From the NCBI GenBank assembly GCA_030265395.1, contig JARFYF010000036.1, forward strand, positions 1,701,884 to 1,765,883: DNA of 64,000 nucleotides, in the 5' to 3' direction. The notes under the pieces are model-generated. The model was not told where the DNA came from. It was given only the letters and a program-made list of their open reading frames with translations, and ran no database searches. The DNA is from Rhina ancylostomus. Lineage: Eukaryota. Positions within the stretch are counted from its first letter, which is position 1. Each line of letters opens with the position of its first letter. Below are positions 24,577 through 38,560 of the stretch, one piece after another. The position numbers and the translations under genes were made by a program.

Positions 24577-27500
24577 CTTTGTTTATCCATCAGACGGCAG
24601 AAAGCAGTGAAAGAGGAAACAAAAAATTATTCACTTCAAGTTCACTAAAAATTATATAGCATATTGAAGTAACAAAAGAGGTTTGAATATCCCATGTCAA
24701 AGATTAGATCTCTATGTTACACTTGTTCAATATGCAACATGCTGTTCAATCTGGGTTAGCTGTTAACACCCCCAGGAACGTGGCATTGGTTCAACTAATT
24801 AACCAACCTCCTTCAGTACACCACTTGTAACTGAGAATACTACGCCACTTGAATTTTCTATTATGAAACATGCAAGATAGCTATAAAACAAAAGCCAGGC
24901 TTTTAACTAGGCAGTAAATAATATGAGGAAATCAGGATACTTGCCACCAGAATAAACTGATAGCTAATAACACTCTAATATTCAAGCCTTTAGTCTATCA
25001 TTCCATTTGGAAACCTTTTTCCATATTATATCTTAAATAAAGTGAGCATATAGCTGGCCTTTCATTTCCAATTCCTTTAATCTCACAAAATATCCAATAC
25101 ATTATATAGTCTTTATTATGTTTCAATCACATTNNNNNNNNNNNNNNNNNNNNNNNNNNNNNNNNNNNNNNNNNNNNNNNNNNNNNNNNNNNNNNNNNNN
25201 NNNNNNNNNNNNNNNNNNNNNNNNNNNNNNNNNNNNNNNNNNNNNNNNNNNNNNNNNNNNNNNNNNNNNNNNNNNNNNNNNNNNNNNNNNNNNNNNNNNN
25301 NNNNNNNNNNNNNNNNNNNNNNNNNNNNNNNNNNNNNNNNNNNNNNNNNNNNNNNNNNNNNNNNNNNNNNNNNNNNNNNNNNNNNNNNNNNNNNNNNNNN
25401 NNNNNNNNNNNNNNNNNNNNNNNNNNNNNNNNNNNNNNNNNNNNNNNNNNNNNNNNNNNNNNNNNNNNNNNNNNNNNNNNNNNNNNNNNNNNNNNNNNNN
25501 NNNNNNNNNNNNNNNNNNNNNNNNNGTGATAGGCAGGTGCGGGGGAGGAGGGGAGAGCAGATCCACCGAGGGATGGGTCAAAGGTAAGGAGAGGAAAAAA
25601 AGGCTAGGAAAGGGAAGAGAAGCATGATGGGGGAGGGGGGTGGGGATTACCTAAAGTGGAGCTCTGCACCGTGGAACAATGCCATAAACCATTGTTTCTT
25701 AAAAAAAAGAACATGAACCCGTACATTCACTTTTAGATCATCTATCTTCTATTCCTTGGAACATTTTAACCAGCAATACATCAGTTGCTAAGTTTTTGTA
25801 CAAGCACACTGGAACAATGAGACACAACAAATAGAACTTTCAACATTCAGTGCCACAACCCATGCATCATTATCATGTACAACATGGTGGTTTGGTACAA
25901 TGTCTGTGGAAGTGTGTGCTAATTTTAATGCTAACTAAATTAAGGAGTTTTTCTATCATTTTGTTACTGGTGATTATTCTATAGTGGTGTATGTTACTAT
26001 ATGTTTTAAAATGAAATTTCATAATTTATCACATAGGCTTATCCTGGCTTTAATTCCAATTCTTTTCTTTTACTCAACCACTTTCCACACCTGCCTAATT
26101 ACCCAAGTATGAATTCTTTGCCTTGTCCATTCTCGTCCTCCAGCTGCCTGTCACATGCACTGTTCTCCAATACCCAAAGGACCTGTATGACAAGCTACCT
26201 ACCCAATAATGACCTCTATAATTAGCTTTGTACATTAGTTAACCTTCTTCCACTTCCATTGCTGCCTTTATGCTCCTGTGTCAAGTCTATACCCGACTGT
26301 CTGCAAATTGGTTCATGCTTGTGTATTCCACAAGTGACACAACTTTTCCCAGTTAATGTGTTTGTGCTTCAGAACATGTGGTATTCATTTTAATCATTTA
26401 CATAAGTGTGTAATTATATATAATGTAAATAATGTCATGTAAGGCATATATTGTAATGCTGTTTTACTGAAACAGGTTAAGTGGGATTGTAGTTTAAAAT
26501 ATATTTCAAATTACAATAAGGACACCAGTGTAAGTAAAGATGTGATTTTATATAATACATAATAAACTGGTTTACAGCCTTATGAAACCAGGCTCAGTGA
26601 CTCCGATCCATCATATTAGCACCAAAGTTCACAAGCTTTAAAGTTGGGTATTTTCTCATATTAAGTGTACGAGTTATTTATGGGAGTTCAATATACTTTT
26701 TGTACTTTGTTGAAGTTCAATAACCATAATCCTCTCCACTTCAAGTTCAAAGCCTAGCTTGACTTTGGGCATATTGAAGTATTTATCATGTGTCTTTCAA
26801 CTTGCATTTATATTCACTTGATACACAGGGACTGAGTACCCAAGTGCTGTTGTGGAGACTTTACCATTGCTTAAATTGGGATTGTGTGAGCGAGTGATGA
26901 GATTACCAAACAGGCACTTATAACGAGAGTTCAATTTTCTTTGATTCAGATTTCCTCTCTCCAGTTTTGTTTTTGATGGCTCCTATATGAATAGAAGCCA
27001 GAAATTTGTGGCCACAGCATAATTCGAGCAGAGCCTAGAGTGTTACTGAGACGTTTCACTTCTTGGCTTTATTTTCCATCTTGTGAAGGAGGAATTGTAT
27101 TAGAAAAGATGTGCCGACTCCAAAAAAGTGGAGAGTGTACTGCAAATAACAGCATGATTTTATTCAAGTATAATCATAATATTTCCACTTTTGCCATTTC
27201 AGACTCAATAATTCTCCCTTTCACTGTAATCTTTTTTTAATAAGACTGTGTTCAAAAACATTAGCTACCCTCCAGTCGTTCATCCAATTGGCCGTCATCA
27301 ACCTGGGCACTGTGAGAAGGGTAAAAACTTACCCAAAAGAGAATTACAAGCCTGATCACACCAGTTCACATCCAAGACATGCACACTCTCAGTGAAGATT
27401 AGGAGCATAAACTCTGTTCAATTGTCCTTATCCTCAAGCCAAAAACAACAGATAATTGATGAATCAGCTGGAGCTAGCTGATCACGTACTGAAGATGAAA

Positions 27501-28144
27501 CCAAGGGCATTTCTAGATTGTTTGTCCAAGGAAGTGGTAGTTATTCATAATACATTTACATAACTGATTTATTTTCTTATTGTTTTAAATGAAATTTTCT
27601 TTCACAAATACCTTTTCTTCGCATTTAACAGTTGCTTTTAATCAAGGCAAAGGATGCTTATACTCAATAATGGCACCTCTTTGCTTGCTTGGGTATGGAA
27701 ATGAATTGATAGTGAACTAGGATCTCCAATTTTGGATTTAATTTTCTTCCGTGCATTGATAAGCACAATATGATGAGAACAATACAAAGAATGGGCAAAA
27801 GGATTTAGCAATTTATTCGTGTTGCATATGTTATATACATAATGAAAATATGTAGTATCCAAGATGTGGTTTCAGTGAAGTCAAGCATTTGGCATGCATG
27901 ACCAAGCTAAACTTCTAACCCATGACCTTCTATTCTTGTTCTCAGAAATGACCTCTGTTACACCCAAATTCATGCCAGCAGGAAACTGACATCAGTAATT
28001 ATCCCACCACCCAAATAAAAGGTTATCCCGAAAGGCCTACCTCAATGGATGGAATTATGGAACATGAAGTACCATTGAAAATGAACAAAAAAAAGCCTCG
28101 TCATCTATTTTTATATTCTCTGTTGCATCATTCACACAGCATAC

Positions 28145-28420
28145 CGAGACTGTGTGGAATCTGCACATTCTTCCTGTGTATGCGTGGGTTTCCCCCAGGT
28201 GCTTTGGTTTCATCCCACATACCAAAGACCTGCGGGTTGGTAAGTTAATTGACCACTGTAAATTGCCTTTAGTATGTAGGTGAGTAGTAGAATCTGGGAG
28301 GAGGGGCTGGATGAAAATGAGGGGAAAACAAAATAGGATTCTTCTGTAAATGGAAGGTTGATTGATTTTCAGTGTGGACTTGGTGGGCAGAAGGGCCTGT
28401 TTCTGTGCTCTGTAACTTTA
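28145..28420 (+). mobile_element. V-SINE copy, 5' truncated
   Basis: GCACATTCTTCCTGTGTATGCGTGGGTTTCCCCCAGGTGCTTTGGTTTCATCCCACA core and GGGCAGAAGGGCCTGTTTCTGTGCT tail. Confidence 0.75.
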
Positions 28421-29897
28421 TGGCCAAGTCTTGACAAACATCAAACACTAGATCCTAATGAGTGCATCATGCAGGAACTTCCCAAGATGTACTATGGATA
28501 CAAATGGTCAAGGTGAAAAGCCAAGACAATGGGAAAAGGGAGCATACTACTCAGAATTTCAACTTCTTAAAAAGTGACTCAAGGAAGTTCCAGTAGCCGA
28601 CATGGAAATACATTTTTCAAATTTGCTATCACTGTCATTTTGGCATATGGCCTCAATAAAATTGTGCTAATGTAGCCTTCAGCCACAGTGAACTTCAGTT
28701 CCATCCTTTTGGAAATGACAAAAGATCGGAATAAAAACATTTCTAATTGAGGCAAACTCTTTCCAACTCCACTGATGTTAATCCAAGTCAACCGACAACA
28801 CAACAGCTGGTCTGAATACTCCCAAGTAAGAGAAGATTGCTTTTGACAAGGAGAGTCTTCTCTACTAGTTGCCAGCAGCCAAGCATCCCCATCGATGTTT
28901 TCCCTTGCAGATCATTGCCTGAATTCAAATAAGGATCCTCAAGGATAGGATTCATTTGGAACCACGTTAAGCAAATTAAGCTTCCAAAAGGAATCTCCAT
29001 TGATTATCAGTCTTATAAAACCATGCATTTAAAAAAAAACTGAAGTACTGCAGCAATCACTCAAACTCCAGCCAAAATATCTGAAGCTGCAGCTTTTAAA
29101 CAGGCATGATGCTAAATATACCGACGATAAGGATAATAATATCATCGGCACCTTGGACATTAACTCCAGAAATTATCATTCTGACTGCTAATGTGCAACA
29201 CAAAATTTTGTTGACTGAATCTCTTGGATGCCTGACAAAGAAACAAAACATTAGACAGGCAAATAATGTTTAACAATGATATTGTCACTTAGCCACAACA
29301 TAGCTTTGGATAAAATAAATGATGTTTTAAACAGGGAGAAGTTAGATACCAGATCATGGGGCTTTATACAACACAAGAGCAGGCTTATCTGTAACACTTG
29401 CATGCTCCTCAGGTTCCTTCCCTGGGGCATTTTCCAATAGTTTGTAAAGGATGCAGAACTAAGAAAGAAAGCAAAATTGGATGACAGTGGAGGGTAGCTA
29501 GTGAGCAGGCAACTATACGAATTAGTCATAGCATGAATTACTATATAAAGGAAATGATCAGAAAGCAGAGAAAATCAGAAGAAAATTTAAATTAAAATTC
29601 ACACTTAGCACTGCACAATGTATTCACACTAAATTTCAAAGACACGTGGCTCTGAGTCTTGGGTTCTGTACAAAAATAAAGTCAGCTTTCACCACATTAT
29701 ATAGTAAATTTGGGTGAACTTACTCAAAGGACATGCCTGCTCTTCACTATAAATAGCAATGCAGCAAAGAATCACAAGTTGTAGGCTGCTGTTCCATGGT
29801 TTCATTTGCAGGTTGTTAACAATGGAAATACGTTTTTAAGATATACAGACCCCCTTCAGCAGAATAGTAAAATTAAAAAGGAAAATATGTAACTCAC

Positions 29898-29984
29898 AGC
29901 TCTGAGATTAATATCCACTCCTGCATTTATCAACATTCGTGCCATGTTTTCTTTGCCGTGTTTGGCTGCCCAGTGTAAAGCAGT
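29898..29984 (-). CDS. SOWAH-family gene, ankyrin repeat exon (TALHWAAKHG)
   Basis: TTTTTCTTCTTCCAG|87 nt|GTGAGT, phase 0-0; TALHWAAKHGKENMARMLINAGVDINLRA. Confidence 0.96.
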
Positions 29985-30446
29985 CTGGAAGAAGAAAAAT
30001 TAACAACTTGAAAATTTAAACAAATATTTTACTTGCAAAGCAAGGACTGATATTAAAATGTTAGTTAATGCCATCACAGCCCCTTTTGCTTCACTTACAA
30101 CAGATGAAGTATTATTACATACGGAAAAATGGAAAACAGGTGTTGGGTCATCTGTCAATATCTACTTATCCAGATGCCATACATTTGTTCAAAAATAGCA
30201 CTGAAAAAAATCTTGGGACAAGCTGTTATATTCAAGACATTACTCAATGTAAGTTTTCATTATTAGAATGTATCACCATTTGTTGTGACATTCAAATAGA
30301 ACAGGGAACGGTGTCAAATGTTGTAATCCCCCCCCAAACACTCAGATTGTATATTGTTGTGAGTTTAAAAAAAACATCAATTTGCATTTACGTAAAAACA
30401 TTTTCAATGCATGACTTAAAGTGCTCCCTTTCTATTTTAATATCCG

Positions 30447-30785
30447 TGAAGAAAATGCTGGAAAAACTCAGGACAGGCAACGTCTGCGGAAAGAAATACA
30501 ATTAACATCGAGTCCAGGACCCTGAGAAAGAGAGAAACAAATTAATCTGGGTAGCAGATAAGGTGGGGGGGGGGAGGGCAATGGGTGGGACAAAGGGAAG
30601 TTCTCAGATCAGCTGCAATAAACGGACCAATTTTGGAGAAGTTCCCTTTGAAGAGCAGAGAAGCACAGCTCTGATGAAGAGTCCTGGATCTTAAACATTA
30701 ATTGTTTCTCTTTTTGCAGATACCGCACAACCTGCTGCTGAATTGTTCCAGCATTCTCTCTTTATTTCAGATTTCCAGCAACTGC
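30447..30785. mobile_element. Penelope-like remnant with inverted ends
   Basis: AAATGCTGGAAAAACTCAGG..GGCAACGTCTGCGGAAAGA at the left and its approximate reverse complement GCAGATACCGCACAACCTGCTG..TTCCAGCATT at the right. Confidence 0.5.
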
Positions 30786-33700
30786 TTATTGATCTTCACT
30801 CCCTTTCTTCATCCCGGAAGAAGTCAGAACCTTTTTAAACTAGTTGCCAGCATTATTTGTCAAATCCCACTCTAAAACCCAATGTCCTAATCTGCTTTGA
30901 CAAACTGGTGCAGTACTGTGGGAGCACCATACTGCTAGAGGTACCATCTTTCATATGGAAATTAAATTGCTCTCTCAAGTAAACAGATACAATCACAAAG
31001 CACTATCCAAATGAGCAGAGAGACTCTCCCTGTGTCCTGGCCAATATTCATCCATCAGCTACCACCACCAAAGTAGACTGGGAAAAATCTGGTCTACAAA
31101 GTTCTGGCAATGTCATGAAGACCTGCCAACATTCATCTCCACAAAGAAAGTTTGGGATACTGGCTCAAGCAAATTCATATNNNNNNNNNNNNNNNNNNNN
31201 NNNNNNNNNNNNNNNNNNNNNNNNNNNNNNNNNNNNNNNNNNNNNNNNNNNNNNNNNNNNNNNNNNNNNNNNNNNNNNNNTAGAGAAGCCCTGAACTTGC
31301 TGAGGCATTCCAGGCAGGAAACTTGTCAGTCCACTCCACTGCTGGGCTTTGCATGGAATTCAAGTGCGGGCCACAAACTCATGGAAATTCCCCAGCCACT
31401 CACACAAGGCATCTGCACAAGGATCACAAGCCAGGATCCAAGAGACCATTTCAAAATGGACTTTATAGCTGCAAGGAAGAAAGTCTATTTAAAAAATCTT
31501 GCCTCTCCCCATTATTTGAGTTTGCAGAAACATTTTATTTAACAATGCTTTGTATTATTTTAGTCTTTTTAACAATACATTTTACTTTTAATTATGCATC
31601 TTTTAAGGTTTTGAATGCCCTGAATGGCAGTGACAGTTAGAAACATTCCAAAAACATGACAAATCTGATGAGAGAGCCAAGTTAGAGCTGAAGGTTTGCT
31701 GTCAAAGATTTCCCCAGCACCTTCCCCAGGTAGGGCTTGTTCTGGCTTGTACGTTACATCATGAAAGGCATTGCTGTTGGGTCACAGACATTTTTGGTTA
31801 GCAAATTCCTCTTCATTAATCCAAACTAGTTCAGTGCAGGGCCTCTGGGGCAATCCAAATGGATAACAGAAATAAGGCAGGCTGGGCCATTATCTGATCC
31901 CCATCACGAGGACCTTGCTCAACCTCACTGTGCACTAATTGGCTGTTAGCTATAACAGTGGTTGTAAATCACTATGGAACACACTGGTCATCAAAAATAC
32001 AAATTTAAGTACATGCTCTTGTTCTAAATTAAATGTTCAACATTGCTTCTGTGATCCAGATGGTTCAGTTTTTAACCATGAGGCACACTCAAATATCCAA
32101 TTTCTCCTTATAACCACAGCCCTTCATTCCAGGCAACATCCTGGTGAATTTCTTCTGCACTCTTTCTAATGCTATTCCATCATTCCTGTAGTGTGGTGAT
32201 CAACACAATACTCCAAGTGCAGCCTGACCAATGCTTTTTTTCACAGCTGCAACATGACATCCCAACTCCTTTACTCAATGAGTTGTCTTGTCGTATTGCT
32301 CAATTATACTCAACGTACCAGGTTCGATCGCTAGTCTGCTGTGTGTCATGCCTCCCAACACCTCAACCACAATGGGGGAAGGCTGCCAGAGTCCTGACTC
32401 CTGAGCATTAGTCAAGGGGAGGAGGGCACATTGAGCAAGAACAAAATTGAGTTCACAGATAATGACCTTTCCAATGTGAACAATCTTTCAGCATTTTTCA
32501 TTGTGCTTCAAATATGAGAAATCCCAACGTATAAGTGAAGCATTGGAGAAAGCCCAGTGCTCATGAAACTGTCCCTTTAGTAGTAAACCAAAATCAGGGA
32601 AGGGATGCAACTGGGAAAAACAACCAGCTTCTGTTCACCCAACATTTTCTTCATCTCAGTAGATAATACATTTTGTTGAGACATTGCATTAGCAATGTTT
32701 AAAATCAAAATATTCATATCCTATTTGATTGCATTATGACAGAGACATTTGAGGGGAATTGAATTTTGCTGCTAAAATATAAAGGCTAGTTTGCTATTAA
32801 AATACAAGTTTAAATTGTTCTAATATTTTTATATTTAAATTTTCTCTGGGTCTTCAAATGGGGAAAATCTAAATAACTGCAGGTATACTTTAAGGATATA
32901 CTAAATGTAAAAAAAAACAATTTTGAATTAACGTGTTTTTCTAACCTGGATCACAAATCTGTCTTTGATGATCCTAAGAAAATTGTCGGGCTGTTACTAC
33001 CTGATGATCATCTTCCCTCCTTGGAGGCCCCATGTTTGTAGTTCACCGTCTGTTTCGTACTGGAAAATTCCCTGAATTTGCCAGCTGCTCACGAGTGTAT
33101 GTACGACATTTCCTGCCCATTCGGCTAAGCTAATTACAAAACAACAAACCAAACGTGCCTCAAATGAAGCCAAGGTGTAAGTGCTTGACAGGACTGATGA
33201 TTGATGATGTTTGCTGCGACCCATCGGCTGTGGTGAACAGGGGCCTAGTTATGCTCTCACCAACTTCCCGCTCAGTGGGAATGTCACAACTGAAGCCTAA
33301 TATTTATGTTAAAAATAATTTTAGTGAAAGAAAGAAAACCAGAGTAATTGCAATGGGCTCATTAGACACCTGGGAGAAGAAACTTCCTCTAGAAGTAGAT
33401 TTATTTTAATGAGACAGTATTATTACCATCTCATTATAACCAAACAGCTTTTTTGATCGTCTCTTGGTAATCTAAACATTCAATTTAGACAATGCATGCC
33501 TAATTTTAAAGTGTAATTTATAGCAGCATGCACAGAACTTTGACGTGTGTGGCAAAGACATTACCAACTGAGATTTCACTGACTAATGTATATAGATTTA
33601 CTTTCTACAGACTGTTTTTCTATATGCACGCTTTAGATGTGTACATAAACAAAGTAATCAGATCTAAAAGCTGTCTTCTCTTTAAAGGGAATTCTTTAAG

Positions 33701-33974
33701 GTTTTCTTAAGAGACAGAGGATGTACATAGTTCAGAATCAGAATTATTAATTATCACTGACATATGACATGAAATTTGTTGCTTTGTTGTATTTCTGGAG
33801 GTTACAACCAACCATCTATCAGTCCATCTACCAGAGTTAACAGCAGGGGAGGGTGGAGAGATGAAGATTAAAGATGAAATTGATCTGCTTATTTGTGGGC
33901 CATCTACTAGCTAAATGTACATGAGCCTTATCAGAAATATACATCGAAAGAGTAATTCTGCAATTGCGCATATA

Positions 33975-34202
33975 AATTGGTAAGTTGGTTTATTATTGTC
34001 ACAGGCACCAAAGTACAGTGAAAAACTTGTTTTGCATGCCAGCCACACAGATCATTTCTTACACGGTGCATTGAGGTAGTACAAGGGAAAACAATAACAG
34101 AATGCAGAATAAAGCATGACAGTTGCAGAGAAAGTGCAGTGCAGGCAGACAATAAGGTGCAAGGGTCATAATGAGGTAGATTGTGAGGTCAAGAGTCCAT
34201 CT
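33975..34202 (-). mobile_element. Rex1/Babar-type 3'UTR fragment, runs into a gap
   Basis: Reverse complement of the 3'UTR at about 4910-5115 (TTTATTATTGTCAC...GCAGAGAAAGTGCAGTGCAGG...GTGCAAGGGTCAT). Confidence 0.7.
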
Positions 34203-36341
34203 NNNNNNNNNNNNNNNNNNNNNNNNNNNNNNNNNNNNNNNNNNNNNNNNNNNNNNNNNNNNNNNNNNNNNNNNNNNNNNNNNNNNNNNNNNNNNNNNNN
34301 NNNNNNNNNNNNNNNNNNNNNNNNNNNNNNNNNNNNNNNNNNNNNNNNNNNNNNNNNNNNNNNNNNNNNNNNNNNNNNNNNNNNNNNNNNNNNNNNNNNN
34401 NNNNNNNNNNNNNNNNNNNNNNNNNNNNNNNNNNNNNNNNNNNNNNNNNNNNNNNNNNNNNNNNNNNNNNNNNNNNNNNNNNNNNNNNNNNNNNNNNNNN
34501 NNNNNNNNNNNNNNNNNNNNNNNNNNNNNNNNNNNNNNNNNNNNNNNNNNNNNNNNNNNNNNNNNNNNNNNNNNNNNNNNNNNNNNNNNNNNNNNNNNNN
34601 NNNNNNNNNNNNNNNNNNNNNNNNNNNNNNNNNNNNNNNNNNNNNNNNNNNNGACCAGCTACAAGAAGAATGGGGTTAGTAGCAATATCTCCCTATTCTA
34701 TGCAGGGTCACAGAATTATCCCTTTGAGTTAATTGTATTGCTCAAGCGACACAAGTGAATTTTCAAACTGGACTAATCTAAAAATATTTTAACTTCTTCC
34801 ATAGGAAGGCATATTCATAGACAAGTTCTGAAACATTTAGATCCAGGTAGTTTTCTTTTTGAAAAAAGTCTTTGTCAAGCTTCTGGCAAAATTCTTGCAG
34901 TTACCATTGTGAGGAAATGGTACCAATAAATGGGAGGAAGAAAGGGGTAAACTTGGGTCGCCCTGGACACCCAAATGAATGGTGCTTCTACAATGGCCAT
35001 CTGACTTGGAAGGACATCCGGCACTGTACCTTGAAGGTCTACTGAGCAAAGTGCTTGAGGGCCTGTTTCTACCTATGGTCCTGGTTCAGGCAACAGATGC
35101 AAAGTGGACCACGAGGAAAATCATGGCTTTATGGAACTTCAGATCCTTAGTTTTCCTTTGGAGTGAAATTGTGATTGAAATTGAATTACAGGGCACAAAG
35201 CCATGGTTCAATTTCTAGCTCCAATATTTACGGACTTTAAATTCATTCATGCAAAATCCAAAATCCCACCTGCTTTTCTAATTACTTGCTACAGCTCCAC
35301 TTTGGCAAGCAGAATATGCGTAACATTTTCAAAAAGTCTTTTCTCTGCATTTACAACTATCAAGAACGTCACAGCTCTGGACTGGCCAAGAGATTGCATA
35401 CTCTGCCTTAAATAACTATAGGCAGATGTACATCTCCCCAATTCCCAGATTTTTTAAAATTTTGAGTGAGCTGTCAAATCACCATAGCAGTAAATTCTGA
35501 ACACATTTGAAACCATCCACCATTAGCATCCAAATTTTCCTACTCTCTCCTCCTCCAGTAGGCAATTCAAGAGATTATTCTGACTTCTTAATCAAGATTT
35601 GGGCTCAACATGAAGGTGTAACAGGTCCTTCAGAAACCTCCCTACCATAAATCCTTTAGTCTTGTGGTTTTACGTACATTATTTTTGAATTACAGAATTA
35701 CTGTTGGTCTCACTCCTCAAACACAGTTAATGATTTGCTTAAGAAATTAAATTGCTTTTACAATTTACAACAAGAAGCAAATGAAGCTCAGTACCAACAA
35801 ATGTGAAGCGGCAGACAGTGAATAAGAGTTTGAGATATTAGGTATACAAATAAAGAAATGAAAAATAAAATTAAAGAGGCTTAAAAATTTTTTCATTGGC
35901 CAGATAAAGTGATGATACAAATAGTGAAGCAAGGAACAAGGTCTAACAGAATTGTGGAATAGTTAGTCAGGACACTTAACACATATAGATTATTCCGAAA
36001 GCTCTGATGATATTCACACCACATTAGGGAGGTCTATGTATTAGAAAGATACAAATCACTGTGAAGAACTCATTATTTCACTCCGAAGGATGAAGACAGG
36101 ATGGATCTTTAAATTATGAGCTTAACTGACAGAATTGTACTACAAAGATCAGTTTTGGAGGATGCAAAAAAAATGCTCAAACTAAATACAGTATTATTAT
36201 TTTTTCCCCCTCTGATTATCTCCCTTCGTTACATCAAGACAGAGGTGGCTCACAGGGCTAGAAGTCAATAAAATCCAGTATTTACAAATTTAGCAAAAAT
36301 AAACCTTCTACAGTTATACTTAAGATACAAAAGAAACTTAC

Positions 36342-36344
36342 GAA
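36342..36344 (-). CDS. Single-codon microexon (TTC, Phe) of the SOWAH-family gene
   Basis: - strand GATTGTTCCTCGCCGTAG|TTC|GTAAGT; supplies the F of DFTS-GF-TALHW. Confidence 0.8.
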
Positions 36345-37399
36345 CTACGGCGAGGAACAATCATTTCCGAAGTTGAAGAGATGATCCACAATTCAGAGAT
36401 GAGAAGCAAATTGTGATAAGGTAAAGAGAAAAATGTCATTGAGAAAAACCTGAACACAAATATTTCAATAAAGCTATTCTACATTCCAAAGAGTAGAAAG
36501 TGGCTTTGTACTGCATGAAACGTGCCAAATTAGCAACCTGTAATTGCATGCAGACCCTAGCTCATAAAGCAATCAAAGACAACGTTACTTGTGTGCAGCT
36601 TCACTTCTGGTAAAGGATAAATTTACAGTTTTGTGTTCTTGGAGATGTCCTGAAGTGTACATTGAGAATCCAGGCATTGTCTGATTTCCCCATTTTGTAC
36701 CTACCACAGGCAATGATCTGTGCTCTCAATACTGACAAGCAAACATAATTAATTTGCTCTACTCTGGGTTCTTTATTAACTTTAAATAAACAAATACAAG
36801 GATAAATTTTTTCATACAAAATAGACTTTATTCTATATAAACAAAGAAATCTATTAGTTCTCAACATGCATCGCTAACACATATCGAATTGTCGCACTGA
36901 ATTATAATTTTCCTTGGTAAAACTTGTTGAATGATAGTCATTAACAATGATGACATTGTTGAAAGAGTATTTTTGCTGTTAATTACCAGACAACTTTTGG
37001 TGGCAAGTTTAATTGCCAATTCATGTCATGCATTAATAAATCACAAGCAAGATGACATTTTCGCAAAGATATTGCAGAGTAGTACAAATTAATCAGCAAC
37101 TTGTAGCCATTTCTAATTCAAGTGGGATCTCTTTATAGCAGTGTTACAGGGCTATTTGCACATTAATATTGCTGTGCATTGTTCATAAGGTGGTATGAAC
37201 AATGCACCTTTAGCACAATTTGGGTCTTCAGCATGAGTACGAACTGATATATCTGGACCGAATGCCAGGTTTGAGAGCATCATTCGGTCCACAGTGCTTT
37301 TCAACTAGATCAGCTCACAAAACTAGTAACATAAAATAATTATCAAATGGTTTGCGAGATTTCTTTTCTAAAGAAAATAAATGCAACACAATCTCAGCT

Positions 37400-38560
37400 G
37401 GGACAGTTGAGGGAAAACAAAGACATCAAAGTTTAAACAAAAAATGAAAAGCATTAAAAGTGGCAAAACTTAGTGGTAGACAAGAGGACTGGGAACTTTT
37501 CAGGAATCAGCAGTGGTGGTCTTAAAAGCTAATGGGAAGTGGGAAAATTGATTACACTGGCAAGTAATTATCGAAACAGTGAGAGTTACTATCCTTGTAT
37601 TAAAGGGAAGATGGCAGCTAAGTGTGGAACTCCTTAAGAGTGAGACTGGGGAATTAATAAAGGGAACAGCAGATAATTTAAATCAATACCTTGCATTAGT
37701 CTTCACAGTAGGAGGACAATGCAAGCGTCCCAAGGATAACTAATGGGCTAGTTTCAAATAGGAGGGATTGTTACAAGTTCTTCCCTATCATCAAGGCTCA
37801 AGGCATTGGAAAAGCTAATGGACTAAGGACAGACAAATCAACAACACCCAATGGCCTGCATTCAAGGATTTTAAAGGAAGTGGCTGCAGAGATAGCAGAG
37901 CTATTGGTTGGATTTTTTCCAAAAACCCTGTTTTCCAGGGAGGTACAAGTGGATTGGAAAGCAGTGCACATGATTGCCTAGTTTAAGAGATAAAAAACAG
38001 GAAACTACAGGCCAGGTAGTTGATGACTACGTCAGGAAGATGCTGGAGCTTCTAATGAAAGAAGAAATAACTAGTTATAAAGAAAAGCTTCATGCAAGCA
38101 AACCAAGTCACCATGGCTTTATCAAAGGAAATTCATGTTTGAGAAATTTGTTGAGAAGTTCTTCCAGGATATAAACAAGCAGAGTCAACAGAAGAAAGTG
38201 AGACGATATGACTGAAACACAAGACCCTAAGCAGGAATGTTGTTGAGTTGTTTCCACTAGGGGGAGTGTTTTGAATTAGGGGAGGGGAGGAGTCATTGTT
38301 AAAAACCCGTGGTGCACAGGAATTCCTTCTCAGATGGTGGAATCTCTCTGGAGTTCTCTACCCCAGAGGGCAGCAGAGGCTAGATCATATCATTTGAGGT
38401 ATTTAAAGAGGAGGTAGATAAACTTTTGAAAGATTGGGGAATTGAGGGCTATGTGGATCTGGCACAGAAGGAGCTGAGGCTAGGGGAAGATCTGGCATGA
38501 TCCTATTGAATGGTGGGGCAGGTTGGAATTGCCCAGCCCTGCTCCTATTTTCTTGTGTAT
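37400..38560 (+). mobile_element. Degraded CR1 LINE (ORF2 pieces plus 3' end)
   Basis: CR1 remnants such as YLALVFT, LHSRILKEVAAEI, DWK, HHGFIKGNSCLRNL, with frameshifts and stops. Confidence 0.8.

Noticed and set aside
28579-29000. Short - strand ORFs with a faint transposase-like TSVELER motif
   Set aside because: Too short and interrupted to support a call without a profile search.
33427-33429. Possible extra 3-nt exon GAG|ATG|GTAATA on the - strand
   Set aside because: Rare GAG acceptor, weak donor, no pyrimidine tract, and a Met between F and TALH would break the ankyrin motif; treated as background.
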